Below, in pieces: positions 49,254-59,709 of a DNA stretch of 64,000 nt. The notes under the pieces are model-generated. The model saw only the letters and a program-made list of their open reading frames with translations, did not search any database and was not told the DNA's origin. The position numbers were made by a program, and so were the translations under genes. The stretch is taken from contig CAWACK010000016.1 of the NCBI GenBank assembly GCA_963780545.1, forward strand, positions 92,149-156,148, given 5' to 3'. The stretch comes from Candidatus Bathyarchaeota archaeon. GTDB taxonomy: Archaea; Thermoproteota; Bathyarchaeia; TCS64. Position 1 is the first letter of the stretch; each line of letters begins with the position of its first letter.

Positions 49254-50546
49254 TTAGGTCGGTTTAGTCATATCAAACCTGGAGAGTATCGGGATAACGA
49301 GTAATGCTATGAACGATGCGAGTACAAACCCTACCGTATACCCGTAGGCATTTATCACCAGACCTCCAATTGCCGAGCCAACTGCGCCGGCTAGTGCAGT
49401 GGCTGAGAGAAGCTCTCCTTGAACACTTCCTTTAAGATCTGAGGGAGCCTGCGAGATGGCGAAGGTAGTTATCGGAAGCCAGATCAGTGAGTAGAGGACG
49501 TTGAAAACTATGGAGAGCACTAGAGGAAGCATAAATATTAGGGGAATTGGATGGATTAGGAAAAATGGGAGTGCTGCCCAGCACAGTATTAGGCTACATC
49601 TGGCGATCACGATGAGGTTGAGTGATCGTTTGTGGCCCGACTCTATTCGCGGGGCTATCCACGCGAATGCGATAGCCGCTGTTACGCCGGTTACGACATT
49701 TATGGCAAGTATCAGGCTGTCCGTCAGCCCGAGGGCCTTCATCAATGGAGTTTGACCTAAACCGAACAAACTAATTCCGGTCCAGTGAATGAAGGCAGCT
49801 AGGAAAAGTAGCTGAAGAGGACTCATCTGCTTCAAGTTCTTGGGAAGCTTAATTCTCCTTAAGTCTAGGTAATGCAGGAAAGGCCTAGGAGAGAGAAACT
49901 TCTCTGCGTCACGGAGACTCTTCACGGGGAATGAGTGCCTCTCCAGAGTCATTTCTGGTTCTTGTCCCAGTATCCAGAGGAAGAGAGCGGAGGAGAAGCA
50001 TGTTGCCGCTGATATGTAGAAGAGCCAACGTGTCTCGATAAACGAGGCAGTGACTGAAAATATTAGAAGTCCTAAGATGTTGCCTATGCTAGTGATTGAT
50101 GTGTACCTCGCGACTCCGTTTTGCCAATCCTCGAGCCTACAGCACTCCACAGTGTACATCACCGCTATTGGGGCTACGCCAGCGGTGATCGCGGATGCGA
50201 GAGTGTAGATTATTATAACCTGTTGAACCGAGTTTGCCATGCTTAAAAATAGGAAAATTGGGCCTAGGGCGATCGTGAAGAATAGGAGGTATCTTTTTCT
50301 TATTCCTGAGAAGTCGGATAATTTTCCCCATATTATTGAGAATATGAATGTGGCGATGGCTCCTGCAGTAGTCATTAAGCCGATTTCAGCGATGTTCGCC
50401 CCAAGTGATAGTGCCACCAGTGTCGCGAGGAGTCCAGGGCTGCCGATTGCCATGTAGAGTGGTATTATGGAGAGGTGCCAGCGGGTTTCCAATTCGTGAG
50501 GTTGTCTTGGAGTAACTGCTGTACCCATCTGCCTCACTATTTTCAC
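49254..50546 (-). CDS. MFS transporter
   Basis: 430 aa with 12 TM helices. Confidence 0.75.
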   Translation of the reverse strand: MKIVRQMGTAVTPRQPHELETRWHLSIIPLYMAIGSPGLLATLVALSLGANIAEIGLMTTAGAIATFIFSIIWGKLSDFSGIRKRYLLFFTIALGPIFLFLSMANSVQQVIIIYTLASAITAGVAPIAVMYTVECCRLEDWQNGVARYTSITSIGNILGLLIFSVTASFIETRWLFYISAATCFSSALFLWILGQEPEMTLERHSFPVKSLRDAEKFLSPRPFLHYLDLRRIKLPKNLKQMSPLQLLFLAAFIHWTGISLFGLGQTPLMKALGLTDSLILAINVVTGVTAAIAFAWIAPRIESGHKRSLNLIVIARCSLILCWAALPFFLIHPIPLIFMLPLVLSIVFNVLYSLIWLPITTFAISQAPSDLKGSVQGELLSATALAGAVGSAIGGLVINAYGYTVGFVLASFIALLVIPILSRFDMTKPT

Positions 50547-50693
50547 CGGTCTAAATAAATCGTGCTTGCGGTAGGGAGGAACCTGTTTCTGGACCGTTCT
50601 CCAACTTTAAAAAACACGTACATAACATTGTACTTTCGCACACGGCATGCGCAGCCCTCGTCGAACTCAAATAGCTTGAAGCATCGTCTAACC

Positions 50694-51550
50694 TTGATCG
50701 AATTGGGTAACTCATTCTTTATCGTGGACGTCTTCGCGGAGTCGAAGCTTGAGGGAAACCAGCTTGCGGTAGTCATCGAGCGGGAGGGATGGTCGAGTGA
50801 GAAGATGCAGAAGTTCGCCAGGGAGATGAACTTCAGCGAGTCGACATTCATCACAGGCTCAGATCTGGATAAGCGAGTTTTCAAGGTCCGCATCTTCACG
50901 CCACCTGGTGAGCTTCCCTTCGCGGGTCATCCTACCTTAGGCACCGCTTACGTCGCTGCGAAGGAGCTGCTCAAAAAGGAGGTTCCTGACCTTACACTGG
51001 ATTTGAAAGCGGGGATGATTCCCGTTACTTTCCAGAAGGCTGAGGATGGGCAGACGCTTCTATGGATGAAGCAGCTTAACCCTGTGTTCGGAGCCATACA
51101 CAGGGCCGAGGATATTGCCCCGATGTTCCACCTCAGCCCAAGCGATATCGATACGCGCTTCCCGATTCAGGAAGTCTCAACGGGCGTCTGGTTTTACATG
51201 GTTCCCCTCAAGACCCGTGAGGCACTGAAGAAGATCAAACTAGACGCAGATAGAATAATTGCTTACTCGGCGGATAAGAATGCGAAGTGGCCTCTCCTAT
51301 TCTGCCCCGAGCCAGAGGCTAAGGGTAACCATTTGAAGGTTCGTATGGTTAATGATTGGACGGAGGATCCGGCGACTGGAAGCGCAAACGGATGCTTAGC
51401 GGGTTACTCTAGTGAAGTATAGGTACTTCGGCTCACCCAAGATCGATATCCGTGTCGAGCAGGGGGCTGAGATAAATCGGCCAAGTCTCCTCTACCTCAG
51501 GGCTGAGGAGATGAAGGAAGGTATCGATGTTCGGGTCGGGGGTAAGGTGG
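50694..51550 (+). pseudogene. PhzF-family isomerase with +1 frameshift near 51400-51410 (ORF 50562-51422 plus a 51400-51550 tail); start probably TTG 50694
   Basis: ...FFIVDVFAESKLEGNQLAVV..., ...FSESTFI... and ...FAGHPTLGTAY... are PhzF motifs. The C-terminal ...EDPATGSANGCLAGY continues in frame 1 as ...IDIRVEQGAEINRPSLLYL.... Confidence 0.55.
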
Positions 51551-51877
51551 CGATGGTTGCACGTGGGGAACTCGTCTAATGCGATAATGTGTACGTCTAC
51601 CCATCTTTTGGTGTGTGTACGCGCGCTTGAGTATGGGCTTCTTCCCGAATATTCTTCTCATCTGAACAAAAATACCTTGCTGCCACTGGGCAACATATCT
51701 TAGTTTTGGCTTCCCTGCTTCAACTGCTTTTACTATTGCGTCAACGGCTGTTTTCGTTGAGTTCAACTCTGTTCTGCTGAAGAACGCGTGCGCGACTTCA
51801 TCATTGGCTATGCCATTGGTCGTAATGAGCCAAGAGAAATATCCGTAAGCGGGAGATTAGTATAGCGTGATTCACGA

Positions 51878-53527
51878 ATGTCTTCGTCTAATTCCAAATC
51901 ACGAACTCCGCCTCCTGGTGCATGCACAAATCTACTTGGCGAGGTTAAGTGTTTGGACCGGCAGTCGCCAGCGTGGTTGCGTCATGCGGTGATTTATCAG
52001 GTTTATCCGCAAAGTTTCTACGACACCAACGGTGATGGGATTGGTGATCTCCCCGGCGTTATCGCTAAACTGGATTACATAAAGTCACTTGGCTGCACAG
52101 CGCTTTGGCTCAACCCCGTTTTTGACTCGCCTTTCGGCGATGCCGGATACGACGTGAGCAATTACGAGAAGATTGCGCCGCGATATGGTACAAATGAAGA
52201 TGCGAAGCGTCTGTTTTCGGAAGCCCACCAACGTGGCTTGCGGGTAATTTTCGACTTAGTGGCGGGACACACCTCTGTGGAACATCGTTGGTTCATAGAA
52301 TCATCGAAGACTAAATCAAATATTTACAGCGGGTTTTATCTCTGGGTGCCGGCGTCCGAAAAAGGTTCGGTTCCGCATATAGGAGGCAGGCCGGAGCACT
52401 TCATAAAGAACTTTTTTGAGTTCCAACCCGCGCTCTACTATGGCTCGGCTAATCCCGATCCCATAAAACCGTGGGAGCGAAGTCCCTATGACCCAAAAAG
52501 CTTGGCGGTACGTGAGGCTATGCGCCATGTTATGAAATACTGGCTCGATTTGGGCTGCGATGGTTTTCGGGTGGACATGGCCTTCTCACTCATTAAGAAC
52601 CCCGATCGGGATGGCGGCGTCGCATTGAGTGAACTTTGGAAAGACTATCGAGACTGGCTGAACGAGAACTACCCTGAAGCGGTTCTGATCTCCGAATGGT
52701 CAGATCCGGTGAAGGCGATCCTGGCGGGTTTCGATGTTGATTTCCTCATCCACTTTAATGAGACGCCCTATCAGCACCTGCTTAACCCATGGGTTGGCCA
52801 TGACACTGACCCGATGCCATTCTTCGCCCGCGAAGGTTGTGGCAACATCAGGGAGTTTTTGGATGGCTACCTACGGCTTTATCAAGCCACATGTCACCTC
52901 GGTTACATCGCTTTACCCACTGGTAACCATGACTTCAGCCGACCCCATTTTCACCGACGCAGTGAAAACGATCTAAAGGTCATCTACACCATGTTGTTCA
53001 CTATGCCTGGCGTGCCTTTCCTTTACTACGGCGACGAGATCGGGATGCGCTATTTTCCTGACTGGCCAAAAAAGGAAGGAGCCATGTGGCGGGGAGGCTG
53101 CCGGACGCCCATGCAATGGGACGCTTCGCCGGGAGCCGGCTTCTCCACTGCACCAATCAAAGACTTCTATTTGCCGCTGGACCCTGATCCCCAGCGTCCC
53201 AACGTAGCTGCTCAAGAGGGAAAACGTGACTCACTATTGAATTTTGTCCGTAGCTTGATCGCGTTGCGGCACGCGAATCCTTCCCTCGACAATCTCGGTG
53301 GTTTTCAACCACTCTACGCCGAGAAAAACAAATTTCCATTTGTCTATAGCCGCACAGGTGGTCCTCGTGACTTCATTATCGCAGTGAACCCCACCGACGC
53401 CCCACAAAGCTGTTCTGTTGACGCTTTGGGTGGAGCCCAGCTAGTCATGACAAATGGCGCTAGCGTTGATGAAACTAGAATTGTCATGCCTTCTATTTCT
53501 TATGCAATCTATGAATTTTTACCCTAG
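51878..53527 (+). CDS. GH13 alpha-amylase-family enzyme (trehalose synthase / alpha-glucosidase-like)
   Basis: ...VIYQVYPQSFYDTNGDGIGDLPGVIAKLDYIKSLGCTALWLNPVFDSP...GYDVSNY... is GH13 region I. ...GFRVDMA... holds the catalytic Asp region, and ...YYGDEIGM... is also present. Confidence 0.85.
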   Translation: MSSSNSKSRTPPPGACTNLLGEVKCLDRQSPAWLRHAVIYQVYPQSFYDTNGDGIGDLPGVIAKLDYIKSLGCTALWLNPVFDSPFGDAGYDVSNYEKIAPRYGTNEDAKRLFSEAHQRGLRVIFDLVAGHTSVEHRWFIESSKTKSNIYSGFYLWVPASEKGSVPHIGGRPEHFIKNFFEFQPALYYGSANPDPIKPWERSPYDPKSLAVREAMRHVMKYWLDLGCDGFRVDMAFSLIKNPDRDGGVALSELWKDYRDWLNENYPEAVLISEWSDPVKAILAGFDVDFLIHFNETPYQHLLNPWVGHDTDPMPFFAREGCGNIREFLDGYLRLYQATCHLGYIALPTGNHDFSRPHFHRRSENDLKVIYTMLFTMPGVPFLYYGDEIGMRYFPDWPKKEGAMWRGGCRTPMQWDASPGAGFSTAPIKDFYLPLDPDPQRPNVAAQEGKRDSLLNFVRSLIALRHANPSLDNLGGFQPLYAEKNKFPFVYSRTGGPRDFIIAVNPTDAPQSCSVDALGGAQLVMTNGASVDETRIVMPSISYAIYEFLP

Positions 53528-53862
53528 AATATGTCATCAGAATAAGACTAAGATCTCTCGCTTGAGACAAATGATAATAGGAGGTTCTTTTGCCCCCTGA
53601 TGCTGGCGTCACGCGCGCGATTCGTGAGGTGATGAACCGTGGTTGGGGAGATCTGCAGAAACTGTGTCATTACGTTGAGGGTTAAATGGTTCCCATGGTC
53701 ACGCGCTTATAAGATGTATTTCAGGTCATTGTAGAATGCACACATTTTGCCGACTCGGAGAATGGTCGTGGACGTACCGCATCATGCGCGCTCATATGGT
53801 ACGTTCCTAACCCCAAATAAGCACATTTGCAATAAACCTTTTTCCCTAAAATTTTTTTTATA

Positions 53863-54114
53863 TTGATGATGCAATACTTGGTTGGAAATAACATGTCTGA
53901 AACGAAGAAAAAGAAGACGATTGAAGAGAGGGCTGAAAAAGCTGGAGAAGCAATAGAAAAGGGCGCGAAGAAGGAAGTCGAGAAATCCGAGAAGGCGTTA
54001 AAGATCGGTTCCAAAAAAGCATCCGATGCAGCTAGAGCTTTCGAAAAGGGTGTTAAGGAGGGAATAGATGAGGAGAAAAAACGCATTCGCGGTGAAAAAG
54101 AGAGACTCCCTTAA
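53863..54114 (+). CDS. Small K/E-rich low-complexity protein (hypothetical)
   Basis: 83 aa, highly charged (EKAGEAIEKGAKKEVEKSEKALK...). The minus-strand ORF 53721-54086 overlapping it is judged spurious. Confidence 0.3.
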   Translation: MMMQYLVGNNMSETKKKKTIEERAEKAGEAIEKGAKKEVEKSEKALKIGSKKASDAARAFEKGVKEGIDEEKKRIRGEKERLP

Positions 54115-54240
54115 ATTGTGGGTGGGCAATAGGTTCATTAAAAATTTTCGTCAATCAAAATCTCAAAATTAATTTTAGCTTTTAATGTGGAAAATACTTT
54201 ATCCTGTGATTCGAGTGCTTTTTAGCTCTTGATCTGCAAG

Positions 54241-54660
54241 CTACAGAGGCATAAATCTATAAAGACTCCTCGCTAGCCTATCCTCAAGCTCCTCAAAGTG
54301 GTCCACGAGGTCCTTAGCAGTGAATACCCCGTAGATTATGGTCTCCTTAACAACTGGCAGCCTCCTGAAGCCGTGTTTCTTCATTACCTCAACCGCTTCT
54401 TCGATGCTCTTATCGGGGTCAATGGTAACGAGAGGCGAAGACATGCAGTCTATGATCTTTACTTCATTCGGATTCTTGTCTTCGGCCATGATTTTCAGGA
54501 CCAGGTCCCTTTCAGTCACTATGCCGACGGGTCGACCCTTCTCAAGAACGATGACGTAGCCCACTTTGTCGGTTGACATTGTCTTAGAGGCTTCTATAGC
54601 TGATGCCTCGGTGCTGATTGTTGGGATGTCTTTTCTCATGTAGTCCTTAACTGATGTCAT
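54241..54660 (-). CDS. CBS-domain pair protein
   Basis: 139 aa with two CBS motifs (...VKDYMRKDIPTIS..., ...IIDCMSSPLVTIDPDKSIEEAVEVM...). Confidence 0.8.
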   Translation of the reverse strand: MTSVKDYMRKDIPTISTEASAIEASKTMSTDKVGYVIVLEKGRPVGIVTERDLVLKIMAEDKNPNEVKIIDCMSSPLVTIDPDKSIEEAVEVMKKHGFRRLPVVKETIIYGVFTAKDLVDHFEELEDRLARSLYRFMPL

Positions 54661-55109
54661 TCGTCTCTACGTTTTTCAGTAGGTCAACCTTCTTTATACC
54701 TCTTTATGACTCTAAAAATGCTAAGAAAGTAATGAATGTAAACTAATCGTAGGATCATAATCGAGCAAATAGCCTCGTTGCGCGCGCGACGAGGCAATAA
54801 GGGCCATGTCGAAGATCGCTCGGTCAGTATGATTAACGCGTATTCTAGAATCCTATTACCTGGCGAACAATTACAACAGTGCAACGACCCGGAGTTCTCT
54901 CTTGATTGATGATGAGGATCTTGGAAACCGAACTTGGCATTCCACTCGCATCGCGGATCCTAACATCCTCCAACGGATAGCTATAGGTTTGGATTCGGCG
55001 CATGGAGGTCTCAAGGTCGGGAACCACCTTCTGAGACCCAACGACCCAAAACACTTTGCTAGCGCGCGCTTGAGTTTTCGTGGCACACTAGTAATTTAAG
55101 TCGTTTTCC

Positions 55110-55679
55110 TCAAGGGCTCTGCTTGTTAGGCCACTCTACCTCGATCTCTATCTCCATGCCGTCGCCCTCGGGGGCGTAGAGGAACTTGAACATAACATTT
55201 TCAGGTACTTCGATCTTCATGGACTCTAAATCTGGCATCACGTCCGAGACATCGAAGGAGGCTCCTCTCAACGACTCTCCCAATCTAATAATTACTTCGG
55301 CCAAGTCCTTCTGCGTCATCTCCTCCTTAAGCCTCCTCAGGGCTCGGTGTCTCTCGCCAAAGAGTTCGACATATTCCATGACCTGGCTCCAGCAATCCAT
55401 CCCCTTCCTTAGGGCCTCCTCTCCCCTTGGCGTAATGGTGTAGTTTCTCCTGTCCAATCCCTCCTCCCTGTGTTCGTGGCTTCTCGACACGAGGCCCTCA
55501 TTCGTGAGCTTATCCAGAGCTGGATATACTGTTCCGGCTTTTGGCTTCCAGTACCCCAGAAACATACGATCTAGGCGATGAATCAGATTGTAACCGTAGT
55601 CTGGTCCGTCGGAAAGTATGAATAGTAGCCACATCTGCACGGGGCTGATACCGGATTCTCTTGGTAGAATGGTAGTCAT
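55110..55679 (-). CDS. PadR-family transcriptional regulator
   Basis: ...WLLFILSDGPDYGYNLIHRLDRMFLGYWKPKAGTVYPALDKLTNEGLV... is the PadR winged helix. It is divergent from the ABC exporter operon. Confidence 0.8.
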   Translation of the reverse strand: MTTILPRESGISPVQMWLLFILSDGPDYGYNLIHRLDRMFLGYWKPKAGTVYPALDKLTNEGLVSRSHEHREEGLDRRNYTITPRGEEALRKGMDCWSQVMEYVELFGERHRALRRLKEEMTQKDLAEVIIRLGESLRGASFDVSDVMPDLESMKIEVPENVMFKFLYAPEGDGMEIEIEVEWPNKQSP

Positions 55680-55741
55680 GCTAAACCACGACTAGTATGA
55701 AAATCTACATATATCTCTAATATATCTATCTTGAGTCAGGT

Positions 55742-57574
55742 TTGGGTAGTTTGTCGGATTACAACCCTAGTAGTTGGACTCTGACGAAGCGCCTGCTGGG
55801 ACAGATCAAGCCCTACATGGGGACCTATCTCTTGATCAATCTCACGGCGTTCGGTAGAGAAGGCGTTTATAGTTTACTTGCTCCGCTCCTCGTCCTGCTA
55901 ATTATCGACTACGTTTTGGTGCCTGTTCCCGGTGATAAGAACTGGTTCCTAGAGCTGGTCAAACAGTGGACGGGCGTCACGAATCCGTATGGTTTGTTGG
56001 TCATACTTGTCAGCCTCATCGTTTTACTCGCTATCACGAGGTTCGTGTTCTTTGTAATCCACAGATACTACCGTGGAGTTCTAAGCCAGAACATTCTACG
56101 TGATCTGCGCCGGGACTTATACAACGCCCTGATCAACAAGTCGTTCAGCTACCTAAGCCAAGTCAGGACGGGTCAGATCATCAGTCGAGTTACCAGCGAC
56201 ATGAATGCCATTGATCTCTTCTACTCGGAGACGCTCAGGGAGATCTTCAGGATGACCCTCCAGCTGGTCATCGCGGTCATTATTCTGCTGTTCATCAACC
56301 CTGGCTTAACGGGCATCACCCTGCTTACTCTTCCTTTCATCTTCTTGGCGACGAGGCTCTACCTGCCGAGGGTCAGGAGCCGCATGCTATCTGCAAAGTC
56401 TCAATTTGACACACTAAACGGCGTCCTGGTAGAGGGGATCACGGCTCAGAAGCTCATCAAGGGCTTCGGCCAGGAGGAAACTTTTGGCGGTAGGTTTGAG
56501 AAGGAGAACCAGGGATACGTCGAGAAGAGCCTTAGGACCCTCAAGCTGCAGGCCGCATACACACCCTCCGGCACGCTGATCAGCGCAGTCGGTATAGCCC
56601 TGGTATTGGTTTTTGGTGGAACCTTGGTGGTTGGGGGTAGCCTCACACTGGGTGAATTGGTGCTCTTCGGCACCTACTTTACCCAACTTGTTGGGCCCGT
56701 TAGGATGTATGCTCGACTCCTCGATTTCTACCAGGATGGATTGGTGAGTGCTCGCCGCGTTTACGAGGTCATTGATGTCGGCAGGGACGTACCCGAGCCC
56801 GAACACCCCATCGAACTCCCGAGGCTCAAAGGAGATGTAGAGTTCAGGAACGTATCCTTCAGCTATGGCGCAGCTGAGACTCTGAAGGATGTGAATTTCA
56901 AGGTCGAATCGGGGGAGAAGGTTGCTATTATTGGCTTCGTCGGCTCCGGTAAGAGCGCATTGACGGAGCTTGTACCACGGTTCTACGATGTGACCGCCGG
57001 CCAAGTCTTGATCGATGGCTTCGACGTACGCGATGGATCATTAAAGTCTCTTCGCAGCCAGATTGGAATCGTTCTTCAAGACATCTACATGTTCTCAACA
57101 ACCATCAAGGAGAACATCACGTTCGGTAAGCCGGATGCATCGGATGAGGAGGTCGTCTCAGCCGCTAAGGCTGCGCAGATTCACGACTACATAGCTTCTC
57201 TGCCAAAAGGATACGAGACGGAGGTTGGGGAAAGGGGAATCACACTCAGTGGGGGCCAGAGGCAGAGGGTCGCCATCGCCCGAGTGTTGCTCATGAATCC
57301 ATCTATTCTGATACTCGACGATTCAACCAGCAACGTCGACGCTGAGACGGAGGTTCTCATCCGGAAGGCCATCGACGCACTTCTGGAGAGTAGAACAGCG
57401 TTGATAATCACACAGCGCGCCTCAACATGCGAGAACGCCGACAAGGTGGTTGTAGTCGATGAGGGACACATCGCTGCCATCGGCAAGCACACTGAGCTCC
57501 TTAGGTCGAGTGAGAAGTATCGTAGCCTGATCGAGTCACAGACCCTCACCATGGACCAGGAGGCTGAGGACTGA
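55742..57574 (+). CDS. ABC transporter permease/ATP-binding protein (exporter half, MsbA/MdlB-like)
   Basis: A 6-TM N-terminal domain is followed by Walker A (GFVGSGKS), the LSGGQRQR signature, Walker B (ILILDD) and an H-loop. Confidence 0.9.
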   Translation: MGSLSDYNPSSWTLTKRLLGQIKPYMGTYLLINLTAFGREGVYSLLAPLLVLLIIDYVLVPVPGDKNWFLELVKQWTGVTNPYGLLVILVSLIVLLAITRFVFFVIHRYYRGVLSQNILRDLRRDLYNALINKSFSYLSQVRTGQIISRVTSDMNAIDLFYSETLREIFRMTLQLVIAVIILLFINPGLTGITLLTLPFIFLATRLYLPRVRSRMLSAKSQFDTLNGVLVEGITAQKLIKGFGQEETFGGRFEKENQGYVEKSLRTLKLQAAYTPSGTLISAVGIALVLVFGGTLVVGGSLTLGELVLFGTYFTQLVGPVRMYARLLDFYQDGLVSARRVYEVIDVGRDVPEPEHPIELPRLKGDVEFRNVSFSYGAAETLKDVNFKVESGEKVAIIGFVGSGKSALTELVPRFYDVTAGQVLIDGFDVRDGSLKSLRSQIGIVLQDIYMFSTTIKENITFGKPDASDEEVVSAAKAAQIHDYIASLPKGYETEVGERGITLSGGQRQRVAIARVLLMNPSILILDDSTSNVDAETEVLIRKAIDALLESRTALIITQRASTCENADKVVVVDEGHIAAIGKHTELLRSSEKYRSLIESQTLTMDQEAED

Positions 57575-59445
57575 TGGCGGAGTACTCAGGCAGATACGAT
57601 GTAGGTTCCCTGGAGTCGACGCAGAGGAAGTTCACCGACTGGCAGCTGATCAAGAGAATAGTGAAGGATTACATGTTCCGGCACAGGCCTCTCGTCGGCG
57701 GCGTCGGCCTCATCATAGTCCTGAAGACGATTCTAGTCTTGGCCGGGCCGTTCATCTACATGGTCACCCTAGATAACTTCATCAGCAATCAGCCCCAGGC
57801 GAACGAGCAGTGGCTCGTTAGAATAATACTGGGAATCTCCTCATTCATCAGCGGTAGCTCACCGAACGTCTGGACGAACATCGTGTCCGCTGGGCTGGTC
57901 TATGTGGGTGTCGGTGTTCTGCTCTGGATCGTAATGAGCCTTCAGGAATACTACATAAACAAACTCGGTTTCCACATGATAGCCGACATAAGGTCGGACT
58001 TCTTCAGTCACCTTGAGAAGTTGAGCCAGAACTTCTTCGAGTACGGTAACACTGGTAAGCTTGTATCGAGGGTCACGAATGACGCGGAGGCCATGAGGAC
58101 GCTCGTCTCCTCGGGCATGATCGGCGTCGTCGCTGACCTGTTGACCGCAGTTGCGATACTTGTGACGATGTTCTTCCTGGATGTCCAGCTTGCCCTAGTA
58201 GCGATAGCTTTGGCGCCGATCATAATGATCGTCACGTGGACTCTGAACAAGTATGTGCGCGACAGGTGGAGGGTTGCCAGGCTAAACATCGCCTCCATGA
58301 CAGCGAAGGTTCAGGACCTGATGTACGGCGCCAAGGTAACGAAGGCTATGGCTCAGGAGGAGAAAAGCCTCACCGACTTCAACAAGGTGAATCAGGCTAA
58401 CGCATCGGCTCAGATCAGGGCCGAGGTGACCGCGAACATCTACGAGGCCACCGTCGGATTCTTCACAGCGATCATCAGCGCCCTAATCTGGTTCGTCGGA
58501 GGTCAGCAGGTCGTCGCCTTGGCGAGGAGCCTCGGCAACCTTGTAGCCTTTACTCAATACAGTGACAGCTTCCTGACCCCAATCAACAACATCAGCACCT
58601 TCTACGGCGGAATACAGGCTGCGTTGGCGGGCGCGGAGAGAATCTTCGTCGTGCTGGACATCAACCCCGATGTGAGTGAGGCTCCTGATGCTGTCGATTT
58701 TCCAGTGGGCGAAGGGATCATCGAGCTGCGGGACGTGAAGTTCAGCTACGTTAAGGATCAGCCGGTTCTCAAGGGGATCAACTTCAAGACGAGACCAGGT
58801 GAGCGCCTCGCGATCTTCGGCCCAACCGGCTCCGGGAAGTCAAGCATAATCAACCTCGTCGGCCGCTTCTACGACCCGGACTCCGGTGATGTGCTGATAG
58901 ACGGGCTGGATCTCAAGAAGGTGAAGCTGAAGTCGCTCCGCCACAAGGTTGGCATAGTGCTTCAGGAGCCCTACCTCTTTCAGGGGACGCTTAGATATAA
59001 CCTCAAGTTTGGTCGCCCGGAGGCCTCCGATGAGGATATGCTTAGGATCACCAAACTTGTGGGAATCCACGATCCTATCATGAAGCTGCCTATGGGTTAC
59101 GATGAGGAGGTGCGTGAGAGGGGGAGCAACCTGAGCTATGGGCAGCGCCAGCTGGTCTGCTTGGCCCGCGCCCTCATCGTTGACCCGAAGATACTCATAC
59201 TTGACGAGGCTACGAGCAGCGTCGACCCATACACCGAGCAACTGATCCAGAATGCTCTGAAGGCCGAGATGGAGAATAGGACCATCCTCATAGTGACGCA
59301 TCGTGTGAGCACTGTGCGTGACGCTGACCGCATAATCGTCCTGTATCAGGGTGAGGTCCAGGCTGAGGGAACCCACTCTCAGCTACTCAAGAAAAACGAT
59401 CTGTATAGGCGTTTGTGCGAGATGCAGCTCGTAAAGATAGCTTGA
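57574..59445 (+). CDS. ABC transporter permease/ATP-binding protein (second half of heterodimeric exporter)
   Basis: It has Walker A (GPTGSGKS), the signature LSYGQRQL and Walker B (ILILDE). The ATG overlaps the upstream TGA (ATGA). Confidence 0.9.
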   Translation: MAEYSGRYDVGSLESTQRKFTDWQLIKRIVKDYMFRHRPLVGGVGLIIVLKTILVLAGPFIYMVTLDNFISNQPQANEQWLVRIILGISSFISGSSPNVWTNIVSAGLVYVGVGVLLWIVMSLQEYYINKLGFHMIADIRSDFFSHLEKLSQNFFEYGNTGKLVSRVTNDAEAMRTLVSSGMIGVVADLLTAVAILVTMFFLDVQLALVAIALAPIIMIVTWTLNKYVRDRWRVARLNIASMTAKVQDLMYGAKVTKAMAQEEKSLTDFNKVNQANASAQIRAEVTANIYEATVGFFTAIISALIWFVGGQQVVALARSLGNLVAFTQYSDSFLTPINNISTFYGGIQAALAGAERIFVVLDINPDVSEAPDAVDFPVGEGIIELRDVKFSYVKDQPVLKGINFKTRPGERLAIFGPTGSGKSSIINLVGRFYDPDSGDVLIDGLDLKKVKLKSLRHKVGIVLQEPYLFQGTLRYNLKFGRPEASDEDMLRITKLVGIHDPIMKLPMGYDEEVRERGSNLSYGQRQLVCLARALIVDPKILILDEATSSVDPYTEQLIQNALKAEMENRTILIVTHRVSTVRDADRIIVLYQGEVQAEGTHSQLLKKNDLYRRLCEMQLVKIA

Positions 59446-59709
59446 CCCTATTCCTCTTTTTTAGCTTCTTTTAATTCCTCCACGATGACAGACAATTTGG
59501 TATGATGCGTTTTTTTAGAAACGTTTTATCCAAGAACACCACGCTCGACCATCTAGTTAACCAATTTAACACTAACAAATCCAACTACCCCAAATCACCA
59601 ATTAAATACCAAGCCCCAACCAGCGGTTGCGATTGCGATCTAATTGTCTGTATATAATTGAGACATTCAAATGGGTATATGTTAAAAAAAATAGTAAAAC
59701 TAGTCGGCT

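Noticed and set aside
51497-51766. 89-aa minus-strand ORF
   Set aside because: Its 3' half overlaps the frame-shifted C-terminal tail of the PhzF gene on the plus strand, and it is Arg/Pro-rich.
53579-53685. 31-aa ORF (TTG start) preceded by a perfect AGGAGGT Shine-Dalgarno-like sequence
   Set aside because: It is too short and unsupported. Shine-Dalgarno usage is otherwise rare in this window, so the match may be coincidental. It overlaps two of the CG-palindromes and so is more likely regulatory DNA.
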